The notes beneath the pieces are model-generated. The model had not been told where the DNA came from. It saw only the letters and a list, made by a program, of their open reading frames with translations, and did not search any database. A program made the position numbers and the translations under genes. DNA of 52,187 nucleotides. It comes from an uncultured Luminiphilus sp. GTDB lineage: Bacteria; Pseudomonadota; Gammaproteobacteria; Pseudomonadales; Halieaceae. Of this stretch, positions 42,486-51,206 are shown piece by piece. Position 1 is the first letter of the stretch. Each line of letters begins with the position of its first letter. The stretch spans positions 1 to 52,187 of the forward strand of contig CAJQKG010000155.1 of NCBI GenBank assembly GCA_905478845.1. The letters run 5' to 3'.

Positions 42486-43055
42486 TTATGGCTGACTGAG
42501 CGCGGCAGTGCTGAACAAGGGCAGGGCATCCCAGTGAAGACCGCGGCAGTCCTTGTCCGATACTTGCGGTGGGGTCCCGCTGGAAATAGGCCAATCGATA
42601 CCCACGGTCGGGTCATCCCAGGCAAGCGTGATTTCACTGCTGGGATGGTAGTAGTCAGTGCACTTGTACAAAAAGTCGGCGCTGTCGCTTAAAACATAAA
42701 AACCATGAGCGCAGCCCGGTGGCACCCAGAGCTGTTCATGGTTTTCCGCTGTCAGGGTCACGCCATACCACTGTCCGCAACTGGGAGAGTCGGCGCGGCA
42801 ATCGACGATCACATCAAAGACTTCACCTGAGGTCACCCTGACGAGCTTTCCCTGAGGCTGCGTTGTCTGGAAATGCAGTCCGCGCAGAATGCCGCGTGAA
42901 GACCGGCTGTGATTATCTTGAACAAACGGCCGTTCAATGCCCGCTTCGGCATAACGATCGGCGCGCCACGTCTCAAGAAAAAATCCACGGGCATCCCCAT
43001 GGACGGTAGGGCGCAGCAGGGTCGCGCCCGTTATCGGTGTGGGCTCAATCTCCAT
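42486..43055 (-). CDS. rmlC: dTDP-4-dehydrorhamnose 3,5-epimerase
   Basis: DARGFF, VQDNHS, LRGLHFQ, QGKLV, HGFYVLS, YKCTDYY. Confidence 0.97.
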   Translation of the reverse strand: MEIEPTPITGATLLRPTVHGDARGFFLETWRADRYAEAGIERPFVQDNHSRSSRGILRGLHFQTTQPQGKLVRVTSGEVFDVIVDCRADSPSCGQWYGVTLTAENHEQLWVPPGCAHGFYVLSDSADFLYKCTDYYHPSSEITLAWDDPTVGIDWPISSGTPPQVSDKDCRGLHWDALPLFSTAALSQP

Positions 43056-43953
43056 CGAAGATCAATTCGCCTTCATTCACGAGCCTTTCTAAATAGACGC
43101 CGTAACCGCTTTTGGTTAGCGGTGCAGCTAATGCCAACACCTGTTCGGCATCAATGTAGCCAAGCCGAAAAGCAATTTCCTCTAAGCAAGCCACCTTGAG
43201 GCCTTGCCGTTCTTCTATCACGCGGATGAAGTTGCCTGCATCGAGTAATGATTGATGCGTGCCGGTATCGAGCCACGCGGTGCCTTGCCCCATGACTTCG
43301 ACTTGTAATGTACCCTGCGCAAGATAGTGGCGATTAATATCGGTAATCTCGAGCTCTCCCCGCTCAGAAGGGCGGATACCTTTGGCGACCGAGACGACGT
43401 CGTTATTATAAAAATACAAACCGGTGACGGCATAGTGTGAACGAGGCTGGTCCGGCTTTTCTTCAATTCCAACGGCACACCCTTCAGTATCAAATTCAAC
43501 AACACCGTACCGCTCTGGGTCGTTGACGTAGTAAGCAAACACAGAAGCCGCATCACTGCGTTGTGCCGCGCGCCTCAGTTTAGTCGTGAGACCAGCGCCA
43601 TAAAAAATGTTATCGCCCAGAATCAAACAAACCGGAGCATCGCCAATAAAGTCCTCTCCCAGTAAAAAGGCTTGTGCTAAGCCGTCTGGGCTGGGTTGGA
43701 CCGTGTACTGAATACTGATGCCCCACTGGCGGCCATCTCCCAAGAGATCGGCATAGGCCAATTGATCTTGTGGTGTGGTGATGATCAGCACATCGCGGAT
43801 GCCCGCTTGCATCAGGGTGGCAAGCGGGTAGTAGATCATGGGCTTGTCATAGACGGGCATCAGCTGTTTGCTGACGGTCGTGGTCAGTGGATGCAGCCGA
43901 GTGCCGGATCCACCGGCGAGGATGATGCCTTTATACTGAGTAGATATCGACAT
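43045..43953 (-). CDS. rmlA: Glucose-1-phosphate thymidylyltransferase
   Basis: [49 protein letters not shown]. Start ATG 43953. Confidence 0.98.
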   Translation of the reverse strand: MSISTQYKGIILAGGSGTRLHPLTTTVSKQLMPVYDKPMIYYPLATLMQAGIRDVLIITTPQDQLAYADLLGDGRQWGISIQYTVQPSPDGLAQAFLLGEDFIGDAPVCLILGDNIFYGAGLTTKLRRAAQRSDAASVFAYYVNDPERYGVVEFDTEGCAVGIEEKPDQPRSHYAVTGLYFYNNDVVSVAKGIRPSERGELEITDINRHYLAQGTLQVEVMGQGTAWLDTGTHQSLLDAGNFIRVIEERQGLKVACLEEIAFRLGYIDAEQVLALAAPLTKSGYGVYLERLVNEGELIFDGD

Positions 43954-44105
43954 GTTTGAGTGGTTTGGATTAGGGTCACGCAGTTTACAGTTCGCTGGCA
44001 GGCTTGGCGAGTGGGCGATACACTCAGCGCCGCTGTACTTTGACGTTGGCAGTCGATATTGTGGCAGAGAAACTGCCATTAGTTTTCGCGACCCTGGAGT
44101 AACCC

Positions 44106-45392
44106 ATTAACGCGCCGATTTATTCGCCCGATCCTGCGCCCACTGCCCTGGATCAGCGCCCTGAGGGGGGTCTCCGCATTGCGCTGTTAGGTTATCGGTC
44201 TGCGCCCTTTTCGGGCGGGCAGGGCGTTTATCTGCGCTACCTCAGTCAATCGCTAACGGCACTCGGTCATGAGGTGACGGTGATTTCGGGGCCGCCATAC
44301 CCTAACCTCGTCGAGCCTGTCAGGCTGGTTAAGTTACCAAGCCTTGATCTCTACGCCCGAGATGTAGGGAGCGTGACACGACGTGAATTGCGCGACCCTT
44401 TGAATCGACGAGAGTGGGTGAGCAAGTTGAGCGGTGGTTTTGCAGAGCCTTGGACTTTTGGCGAGCGTGTTCGCGATTGGTTACTGGCTCATGCCCAGCA
44501 GTTCGATGTCATACACGATAATCAGACGCTGGCAGATGGCATTCTTGACCTGCAGCAGGCGGGCCTCCCCGTAGTGACCACGATTCATCATCCTATTAGC
44601 CGCGATTTGAACGTGGCTTTGGTCGGTGCGTCTGGCTGGCGCACGCGATTATTGGTTCGCCGCTGGCACTCTTTTTTAACGATGCAGGCACGAGTGGCTG
44701 CGCAACTGAATCACATTGTGACCGTCTCGAGTGCGTCGGCCGCTGATATTGCCACCGACTTTGGTGTGCTGCCGAGTGCGATAAAGGTCATACCGAATGG
44801 GGTCGATACTGAGCTCTTTCGAGCGTTACCGGATGTCATTCGAAAACCCGCGCAGTTGATCGCGACGGCGTCCGCTGATGCGCCCTTAAAGGGCTTGGCT
44901 GTCCTGTTACAGGCTTTCAAAATACTCAGCACCGATCGTCCCACGCTGCAGTTGATATTAATTGCCTCACCGAAGCCCGGCGGTGACACCGAGGCGCTCA
45001 TCCGTCAGCTAGCGCTCGGTGACCGCATTCAGTTTGTGGGGGGAGCGTCCCATGCTGACATCGTTCGTCTTTACGCAGAGAGCACCGTGGCAGTGGTGCC
45101 TTCGCTTTACGAGGGATTTGGCTTGCCGGCTGTCGAAGCGATGGCGTCGGGTATTCCACTGGTATCGAGTGACGGTGGTGCCTTAGCAGAAGTGGTGGGA
45201 GAGGGGGGGTTATTAGTCCCTGCCGGCGATACCAAAGCGCTTGCTGGGGCTATCGACGCGGTGTTATCCGATGCTGATTTAGCCGCGGAGCTGGTAAAGC
45301 GCGGGCAACAACGCGCGCACCGCACTTTCTCCTGGTCGGTCTGCGCACAACAGATGGTCGAGCAGTATCAGCAGTGCATTGATTTATGCTGA
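44106..45392 (+). CDS. GT4-family glycosyltransferase, similar to mycobacterial MMP mannosyltransferase ManT
   Basis: The reading frame extends upstream of the track start (44274) through [20 protein letters not shown]. Also contains [31 protein letters not shown] and [16 protein letters not shown]. No ATG/GTG/TTG in frame before the conserved N-terminus; ATT 44106 follows GGAG. Confidence 0.85.
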   Translation: MNAPIYSPDPAPTALDQRPEGGLRIALLGYRSAPFSGGQGVYLRYLSQSLTALGHEVTVISGPPYPNLVEPVRLVKLPSLDLYARDVGSVTRRELRDPLNRREWVSKLSGGFAEPWTFGERVRDWLLAHAQQFDVIHDNQTLADGILDLQQAGLPVVTTIHHPISRDLNVALVGASGWRTRLLVRRWHSFLTMQARVAAQLNHIVTVSSASAADIATDFGVLPSAIKVIPNGVDTELFRALPDVIRKPAQLIATASADAPLKGLAVLLQAFKILSTDRPTLQLILIASPKPGGDTEALIRQLALGDRIQFVGGASHADIVRLYAESTVAVVPSLYEGFGLPAVEAMASGIPLVSSDGGALAEVVGEGGLLVPAGDTKALAGAIDAVLSDADLAAELVKRGQQRAHRTFSWSVCAQQMVEQYQQCIDLC

Positions 45393-46093
45393 CGCTGGAC
45401 CTAGACACTCTAGCGCTGGGGCCAGGTGATCTGTGCTTGGATATCGGTTGTGGCGAGGGTCGGCATTCGTTAGCCGCGTATTGTTTGCCCGGTGTTTATG
45501 CGCTCGGTATCGACCTCTCTGAAAAGGATCTCGCGACTGCTAATGAGCGAACGAGCGACATGCTTTGCCATGCCCCTCAGGGTGAGATTGGATTTGGTGT
45601 GGGTGATGCGACGGCGTTACCCCTCGCCGATAATACCGTCGATGTCGTGATTGCCAGTGAGATTTTAGAGCATGTTCCGAACTACTTGCGGGTGCTGGAA
45701 GAGGCCATGCGGGTCTTAAAACCGGGAGGAAAAATGGGGATTAGCGTGCCTCGCCAATGGCCAGAGTGGGTTTGCTGGCAACTGAGTGAGGGCTATCGCA
45801 CGACCCCCGGTGGGCATATTCGGATTTTTGACGCGACGCATCTCCGTCGCGAAGTCGAGCGTCTTGGCATGGTGTGCGAGGGTCGCGGCAGCGCCCACGC
45901 CTTACACGTGCCGTACTGGTGGCTAAAGTGCCTCTTTTGGCGCCACGAGCGAGCGCCTTGGTTGGTCAGGGCCTATCACCGATTACTGGTGTGGGACTTG
46001 ATGAAAAGGCCATGGCTGACCCGAGCGATAGACGGGTTACTCAATCCGTTTATGGGTAAAAGCATCATCTTGTATTTTACCAAGCCCGCATGA
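45386..46093 (+). CDS. Class I SAM-dependent methyltransferase, similar to the putative MMP 3-O-methyltransferase MeT3
   Basis: [65 protein letters not shown]. Overlaps the glycosyltransferase stop. Confidence 0.8.
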   Translation: MLTLDLDTLALGPGDLCLDIGCGEGRHSLAAYCLPGVYALGIDLSEKDLATANERTSDMLCHAPQGEIGFGVGDATALPLADNTVDVVIASEILEHVPNYLRVLEEAMRVLKPGGKMGISVPRQWPEWVCWQLSEGYRTTPGGHIRIFDATHLRREVERLGMVCEGRGSAHALHVPYWWLKCLFWRHERAPWLVRAYHRLLVWDLMKRPWLTRAIDGLLNPFMGKSIILYFTKPA

Positions 46094-47184
46094 TGACCGA
46101 GCGACCCGTGCAGACCACGCGATTGGGCCCCGGCGCGTATCCCGAAGCGTGGTTGCGGCCAACGGTCGACTTCATCCTCAATACCCAAAGGCCATCGGGG
46201 GAAATACCCTGGTTCGAGGGGGGCCATACTGACCCCTGGGACCATACCGAGGCAGCTATGGCGCTGAGTATTGCCGGAGAAATCAGTGCGGCCGAGCGCG
46301 CGTATCAGTGGTTATCAGAGGCACAGCTTGGCGATGGTAGCTGGTGGGCCTGTTATCGCGCGGGGCAACCCGATCGGACAGTGGAGCGACGAGAGACCAA
46401 CTACGTGGCCTATATTGCGACGGGTATTTGGCATCACTTTCTGATTGCGCAAGATCCCCTATTCCTCGAGCGGATGTTCCCCGTCGTCGTTCGCGCATTA
46501 GACTTTGTGTTGCGCTATCAGGGTCCAGAGGGCGAGATTGATTGGGCAGTTGACGGTGCGGGTGCCCCATTGGGCGACGCGTTAGTCACCGGTTGCAGTT
46601 CCATCTACAAATCGCTGGAGTGCGGCATAGTGATCGCGGATCAGCTGGGTCAAAAAAAGGATCATTGGGAGCGCGCGAGATCCCAACTGGGCGACGCATT
46701 ACGACATAAGCCGGCACGCTTCGATCGCACTTGGGAGAGTAAGTCCCGCTATGCCATGGACTGGTTTTATCCCATTTTAACCGGAGTGGTGGACGGGGCA
46801 GCGGCGCGACAGCGGCTGAGTAGTCGTTGGTCAGAATTTGTTGAGCCCGGGATCGGCTGTCGCTGTGAAAATCATCAGCCTTGGGCCACCGTCGCAGAAT
46901 CTTGTGAGTTGACCTTGGCATTATTGGCCGCGGGGCAGCGAGATCAGGCAGCTGAACTATTCAGCTGGTTGGCGCAGTGGCGAGACGATGATGGCGCATG
47001 GTGGACTGGATATCAGTTTGCTGAGCGGACGCTCTGGCCATTAGAAAAGCCCACTTGGACCGCGGGTGCTGTGTTGCTGGCAGCAGATGCATTGACCGAG
47101 CACACTGGAGCCTGTCGCTTATTTACGAGCTCAGCCCTGCCTGTTCCGCTCGATACGCCTGCGTTGGAAGTGGGTTCTAGTTAG
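46090..47184 (+). CDS. 'Prenyltransferase'-annotated alpha-barrel protein, similar to MMP hydrolase MmpH
   Basis: GEIPWFEGGHTDPWDHTEAAMAL, QLGDGSW, ETNYVAYIATG.WHH, MDWFYP, TVAESCEL, WPLEKPTWT. ATGA coupling to the methyltransferase. Confidence 0.72.
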   Translation: MMTERPVQTTRLGPGAYPEAWLRPTVDFILNTQRPSGEIPWFEGGHTDPWDHTEAAMALSIAGEISAAERAYQWLSEAQLGDGSWWACYRAGQPDRTVERRETNYVAYIATGIWHHFLIAQDPLFLERMFPVVVRALDFVLRYQGPEGEIDWAVDGAGAPLGDALVTGCSSIYKSLECGIVIADQLGQKKDHWERARSQLGDALRHKPARFDRTWESKSRYAMDWFYPILTGVVDGAAARQRLSSRWSEFVEPGIGCRCENHQPWATVAESCELTLALLAAGQRDQAAELFSWLAQWRDDDGAWWTGYQFAERTLWPLEKPTWTAGAVLLAADALTEHTGACRLFTSSALPVPLDTPALEVGSS

Positions 47185-47188
47185 CGCG

Positions 47189-47800
47189 TTAGTCAGCCAG
47201 CCGCCGCAGCGCACGTAGGCTTCCCTGAGTTCCCTCAGGGGCAAAGAGTCCTGATTGTTGTGCTAATCGCCAAATCGTAAATGGCGCTTGACCGCCGTCA
47301 GCGGGGTCTGGAAAAACGTCGTGAATGGCGAGGATGCCGCCCGGTCCGATGCGCGGTGCCCAGTGGCGATAATCGGCGAGTGCTGCCTCGAGGCTGTGAC
47401 CACCATCAATAAAAACGACACTCAATGGGCCCGCCCAATGAGTGGCGAAGTGTTGACTGCTCGCTACGATGGGGATGACAACGTGCTCGAGATCAGCCTC
47501 GGCAATATTGCGTCGAAAAGCGGCAAAGGTATCGAACAAGCCTTCGGCGTTCACCAACGTCGCATCATGATGGCTCTCGCCTATTTGATGTTCCTCGGAG
47601 CCGCGATGATGGTCTATTGCGAAGACAGCGGTTTGCCGCGCTTGTGCGGCTTGGCCTAACCAGATTGTTGAGCGACCACAGTAGCTGCCAATTTCCAGAA
47701 GGGGACCCGAAGCGGTCGAGGCCAGCGCCCATTGGTAAAGTTGCAGGCCTTCGTCGTCTGGCAAAAATCCACGGACAGCGGCGTCGGGTGGTTGTGGCAT
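47189..47800 (-). CDS. Class I SAM methyltransferase (Methyltransf_24), similar to MMP 1-O-methyltransferase MeT1
   Basis: GFLPDDEG, EIGSYCGRST, DHHRGSEEHQ, FDT, FIDGGH, HDVFPDPADGGQAP, GSLR. Confidence 0.82.
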   Translation of the reverse strand: MPQPPDAAVRGFLPDDEGLQLYQWALASTASGPLLEIGSYCGRSTIWLGQAAQARQTAVFAIDHHRGSEEHQIGESHHDATLVNAEGLFDTFAAFRRNIAEADLEHVVIPIVASSQHFATHWAGPLSVVFIDGGHSLEAALADYRHWAPRIGPGGILAIHDVFPDPADGGQAPFTIWRLAQQSGLFAPEGTQGSLRALRRLAD

Positions 47801-47840
47801 GGTAGGCTCCCTCTGATCAGTTTGAGAGTATACGATTGTC

Positions 47841-49157
47841 TTGAGCGTTCGAAACCGGTGGTCTCTTCCTATTAATCGCCCTGTTTATTCGTGGGTGATG
47901 CGGCTGTTAGTGCCCTTATTGTTGGCTCGTCTATGGTGGCGTGGGCGCGATCAACCGGGTTATCGAGCGCATTTAGGGCATCGCTTAGGTTGTTATGGCA
48001 CAGCGGTTGCGTCTCGGCCGCACAATTTGATCTGGATTCATGCCGTCTCTGTCGGTGAGACGTTGGCAATCGCACCCCTCATTGAACGGTTGCTGAGCGA
48101 TCGAGAAGATCTCCCGCTGCTCATTACATCGACGACGCCAACCGGCGCCGCTCAGGTTCAACAGCGTTTTGGTGAGCGGGTTTTCAGCGACTGGGCTCCC
48201 TTTGATACGCCGGGGGCTGTGCGTCGTTTTCTCGATCATTGGAGGCCCACTGTCGGTGTATTCGTTGAGACTGAGATTTGGCCGAACATGGTGACGCAGG
48301 CGAACGCCAAGGCCATCCCGATGGTGTTGCTGAATGCACGGCTGTCTCGGCGGTCTGCCAGAGGCTATGCGCGGGTACCGAGATTGACCCGTGAAACAGT
48401 GGCTCATTTTTCGGTGATTGCCGCGCAGCAACGCGCTGATGCAAAACGTTTAGTGACGTTAGGTGCGCCTCCTGACAAGGTCGTCGTGACGGGGAATTTA
48501 AAATTTGCCCTGGATACGGTTGCGCTGCATACGGCCTGGCAGGCAGAGCGTCAGCGAGTAGGCGACGGACTGCAAGACCGACCGGTTTTCCTCGCTGCCA
48601 GCACGCACCCCGGTGAGGAAGCGGTCGTGCTATCCGCATTTTTGGCTCTGAGGGGCGAGCGCCCGAATGCGTTATTGATGCTGGCGCCTCGTCACCCAGA
48701 CCGAGCCGTCTCGATCCTTGCAATGACCCCCATGCAGGCTTTGCAGGTGGTGCGCCACAGTGAGCAGCGTGCTATTCAACGATCAGATGACGTGATGCTG
48801 ATTGATACTTTGGGGTCTTTGGGCGCCTTAACAGGTTTCGCTGATCTGGTATTCGTTGGCGGGAGTCTAGTCCAGCACGGCGGCCACAATCCGCTAGAAG
48901 CGGCGGCGTGGCAGTTGCCTATTCTGACCGGCCCTCACACAGTTAACTTTGCAACCATTTACCGTGAGTTAGTGCGGTGTGGCGGCGCGCAACAAATCGA
49001 GATCAAGACGCTAACCGATGCCGTTGTGTCATTGATTGGAGCTGACTCAGACCAGTCCCACGCTACAGCAATGGGCGCTCGCGCTGGGGCGTTCCAGTCA
49101 GCGCAAAGCGGTGTGATAGAGGCGCAATGGGCGGTGTTGAAAGCCCACTTACCCTGA
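47841..49157 (+). CDS. waaA: Kdo transferase
   Basis: IWIHAVSVGE, TTPTG, ETEIWPN, NARLS, ASTHPGEE, PRHP, GGHNPLE. Confidence 0.97.
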   Translation: MSVRNRWSLPINRPVYSWVMRLLVPLLLARLWWRGRDQPGYRAHLGHRLGCYGTAVASRPHNLIWIHAVSVGETLAIAPLIERLLSDREDLPLLITSTTPTGAAQVQQRFGERVFSDWAPFDTPGAVRRFLDHWRPTVGVFVETEIWPNMVTQANAKAIPMVLLNARLSRRSARGYARVPRLTRETVAHFSVIAAQQRADAKRLVTLGAPPDKVVVTGNLKFALDTVALHTAWQAERQRVGDGLQDRPVFLAASTHPGEEAVVLSAFLALRGERPNALLMLAPRHPDRAVSILAMTPMQALQVVRHSEQRAIQRSDDVMLIDTLGSLGALTGFADLVFVGGSLVQHGGHNPLEAAAWQLPILTGPHTVNFATIYRELVRCGGAQQIEIKTLTDAVVSLIGADSDQSHATAMGARAGAFQSAQSGVIEAQWAVLKAHLP

Positions 49158-49158
49158 G

Positions 49159-50595
49159 TTACTCAGAAGCAGACGCGGTCGGTGCGACAGGCGGCAGTAA
49201 AAAACCCTCCAGTCGAGCGATATCCTCGGGCGATAGCGTGCCCGCGACCTCTTTGAGCTTCAGTGAATTGATGATGAAGTCATAGCGGCTATTGGCGTAG
49301 TCACGTTGCGCTGCAAACACCTTATTTTGTGCATTGAGCACGTCTACGATGTTACGCGTGCCGACCTCGTAACCTGCTTGTGTGGCGTCGAGCGCACTTT
49401 GGCTAGAGACAATGGACTGCTGTCGAGCCCTTACCCTTGAGACATCTGATACGACGGTCATGTGCAGAGATCGCGCTTGGGTAACGGTATTGCGGGTCAG
49501 ATTGATCCGTGATTCACGCGCAACATTGAACTGTTCTGCGGCGCGTCGCCGGTTAGCGCTGACAGCGCCGCCCGAAAATAACGGCATATCAAACCTGACC
49601 TGCCACGTCTCATTGGTTTGATCCGAGTTAGGTGGCAGATTGAACAGGCTAGGGGGGTTTTGATCAATGCTGCCAGTGGTTTCGGTGTCTTGATACCGAT
49701 AACTCGCGGTGACCGTCGGTGCGTGTTCCATCTTAGAAGAGGTGGCATTTTGACGCGCGGCTTCTTCGGCATAACGAGCGGCGGCCAGCTCACTGTTATT
49801 GGCTAGCGCAAAATCGACCCATTCCGCTCGGTCGCTGGGCTCGGGCGTCCTAGGGTTAAACTGTTCCCCTAATACATACAGCGCGCCCGGAGCCTGACCG
49901 GTTAACACCGATAGATTCTCTTTGGCCACGGCCACGTTATTTTCGTCCACGATACGGGTGACTTGGGCCAAGTCTCTGGCCGCCTCTGCTTCATACACAT
50001 CGGTGATGGCAATAAGCCCCACCTCAAAGCGTTGGCGAGTCTGCTCTAGCTGGCGCTCAAAGGCGCGCTCTTGGGCTTGCGAAGCCCGCAGATTGTCCTG
50101 TGCCCTCAAAACCGCAAAGTACGCTTGCACCACGCGTACAATCAGATCCTGCTGCGCTGCAGCGAGGTTCGCTTCTGCTTGCCGTGATGTTTCTTTACCC
50201 GCTCGCCAGCCGAACCAAGCCGATAGATCAAAAAGCGTTTGTGACAGATTGACGTCATATCCCTCGTTATCGACATTTCTTACCGAATTGCCATCAATGA
50301 CCACAAAACCCAGGTTGGGGTCCTGAATAATGGTCGGAGACGTGTTGTCTGTTTCGGTTTCCGATATCTGATACCCCGCTATTGCTTGCGGTAGCAAGGG
50401 CGCGAGCGCAAGATTCTCGAGCTCTAAATCGGCACCATACTGCGCCACCTTGGCTTTTAACAGCGCGTCATTATCCAGTGCCAGCTCATAAATATCGGCC
50501 AGCGTATCGGCCTGTGCAGTGAGGCTGACGCAGCTGAGCACAACAGCGGCCAAAGGGGTGAGCAGAGCGCAAAATCGGCTTGGGAGCTTCATCAT
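49159..50595 (-). CDS. tolC: Outer membrane efflux channel TolC
   Basis: Signal peptide, ADTLADIYELAL, RFEVGLIAITDV, GYEVGTRNIVDVL. Conserved position between waaA and yqiB. Confidence 0.92.
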   Translation of the reverse strand: MMKLPSRFCALLTPLAAVVLSCVSLTAQADTLADIYELALDNDALLKAKVAQYGADLELENLALAPLLPQAIAGYQISETETDNTSPTIIQDPNLGFVVIDGNSVRNVDNEGYDVNLSQTLFDLSAWFGWRAGKETSRQAEANLAAAQQDLIVRVVQAYFAVLRAQDNLRASQAQERAFERQLEQTRQRFEVGLIAITDVYEAEAARDLAQVTRIVDENNVAVAKENLSVLTGQAPGALYVLGEQFNPRTPEPSDRAEWVDFALANNSELAAARYAEEAARQNATSSKMEHAPTVTASYRYQDTETTGSIDQNPPSLFNLPPNSDQTNETWQVRFDMPLFSGGAVSANRRRAAEQFNVARESRINLTRNTVTQARSLHMTVVSDVSRVRARQQSIVSSQSALDATQAGYEVGTRNIVDVLNAQNKVFAAQRDYANSRYDFIINSLKLKEVAGTLSPEDIARLEGFLLPPVAPTASASE

Positions 50596-50720
50596 GTGGG
50601 GTGGTACCTAAAGGGTATAAAGGGGGCGAGTCTAACACTGTGAGCGGCGTTTTTAAGCTCCCAAAGCCGTTAACATTTTGGCTGTTCGCGGGGGGGTAGG
50701 GCCTTGCTACACTCACTACT

Positions 50721-51206
50721 ATGACTGAAAAGAAAAACCAGACCGCAGTGCGTCGGCGATCGCGTCGCGGATATCAAATAGATCTGGCCGATTTGCACGC
50801 GCTTTGTGAGGTGAACTACCATCGCCTTATGCGCTTGTTTCCGGATTACGAGCAGCGCGCTGACTGGGATTTTGCGGCGGGTGATGTCACGGTGGCACTT
50901 GAGGTCACGGCCCGTGGCCGCTATACCACTGATATGCGGCTACGTTATCAAAGTGCCACGCCTAGAGTGTGGGCGGGCAGTTATTTTGATCTCAGGCTTT
51001 ATCACGATGCCAGAATGGCGGAGATAGTGCATTGCAGTACGTCACGCCGTTTCGAGGCCCGGTATCGGTACCCGAACCCTGATATGTTGCAACGGGACGA
51101 AAAATATCAACAAAATCGCTTTGCCGCCGAGCTGTTGTCGTTTTGTCTAACCCACGGACGTTCAGCCGACACGGTGTTGCCTGGCGTTGATATTCCAGCG
51201 CCGTGA
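50721..51206 (+). CDS. DUF1249 (YqiB-like) protein
   Basis: CEVNYHRL, YTT, RLYHDARMAE, YPNPDM.Q.DEK.Q.N. Confidence 0.88.
   Translation: MTEKKNQTAVRRRSRRGYQIDLADLHALCEVNYHRLMRLFPDYEQRADWDFAAGDVTVALEVTARGRYTTDMRLRYQSATPRVWAGSYFDLRLYHDARMAEIVHCSTSRRFEARYRYPNPDMLQRDEKYQQNRFAAELLSFCLTHGRSADTVLPGVDIPAP

Noticed and set aside
42308-42692. Short ORFs spanning the rmlB/rmlC spacer
   Set aside because: They overlap rmlC, have no RBS or motifs, and partly translate the repeats.
46090-47184. Squalene-hopene cyclase / hopanoid cluster
   Set aside because: Too short, no DxDD motif, and no hpn genes nearby.
44106-47800. Selenoneine/ergothioneine or mycothiol-type cluster
   Set aside because: No EgtB/SenA-like, selenophosphate synthetase or MshB/C genes; the partner genes fit the MMP set instead.
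50596-50720. TPP riboswitch (thiC neighbours tolC in Pseudomonas)
   Set aside because: No thiC here and no CTGAGA/ACCTGA core in the spacer.
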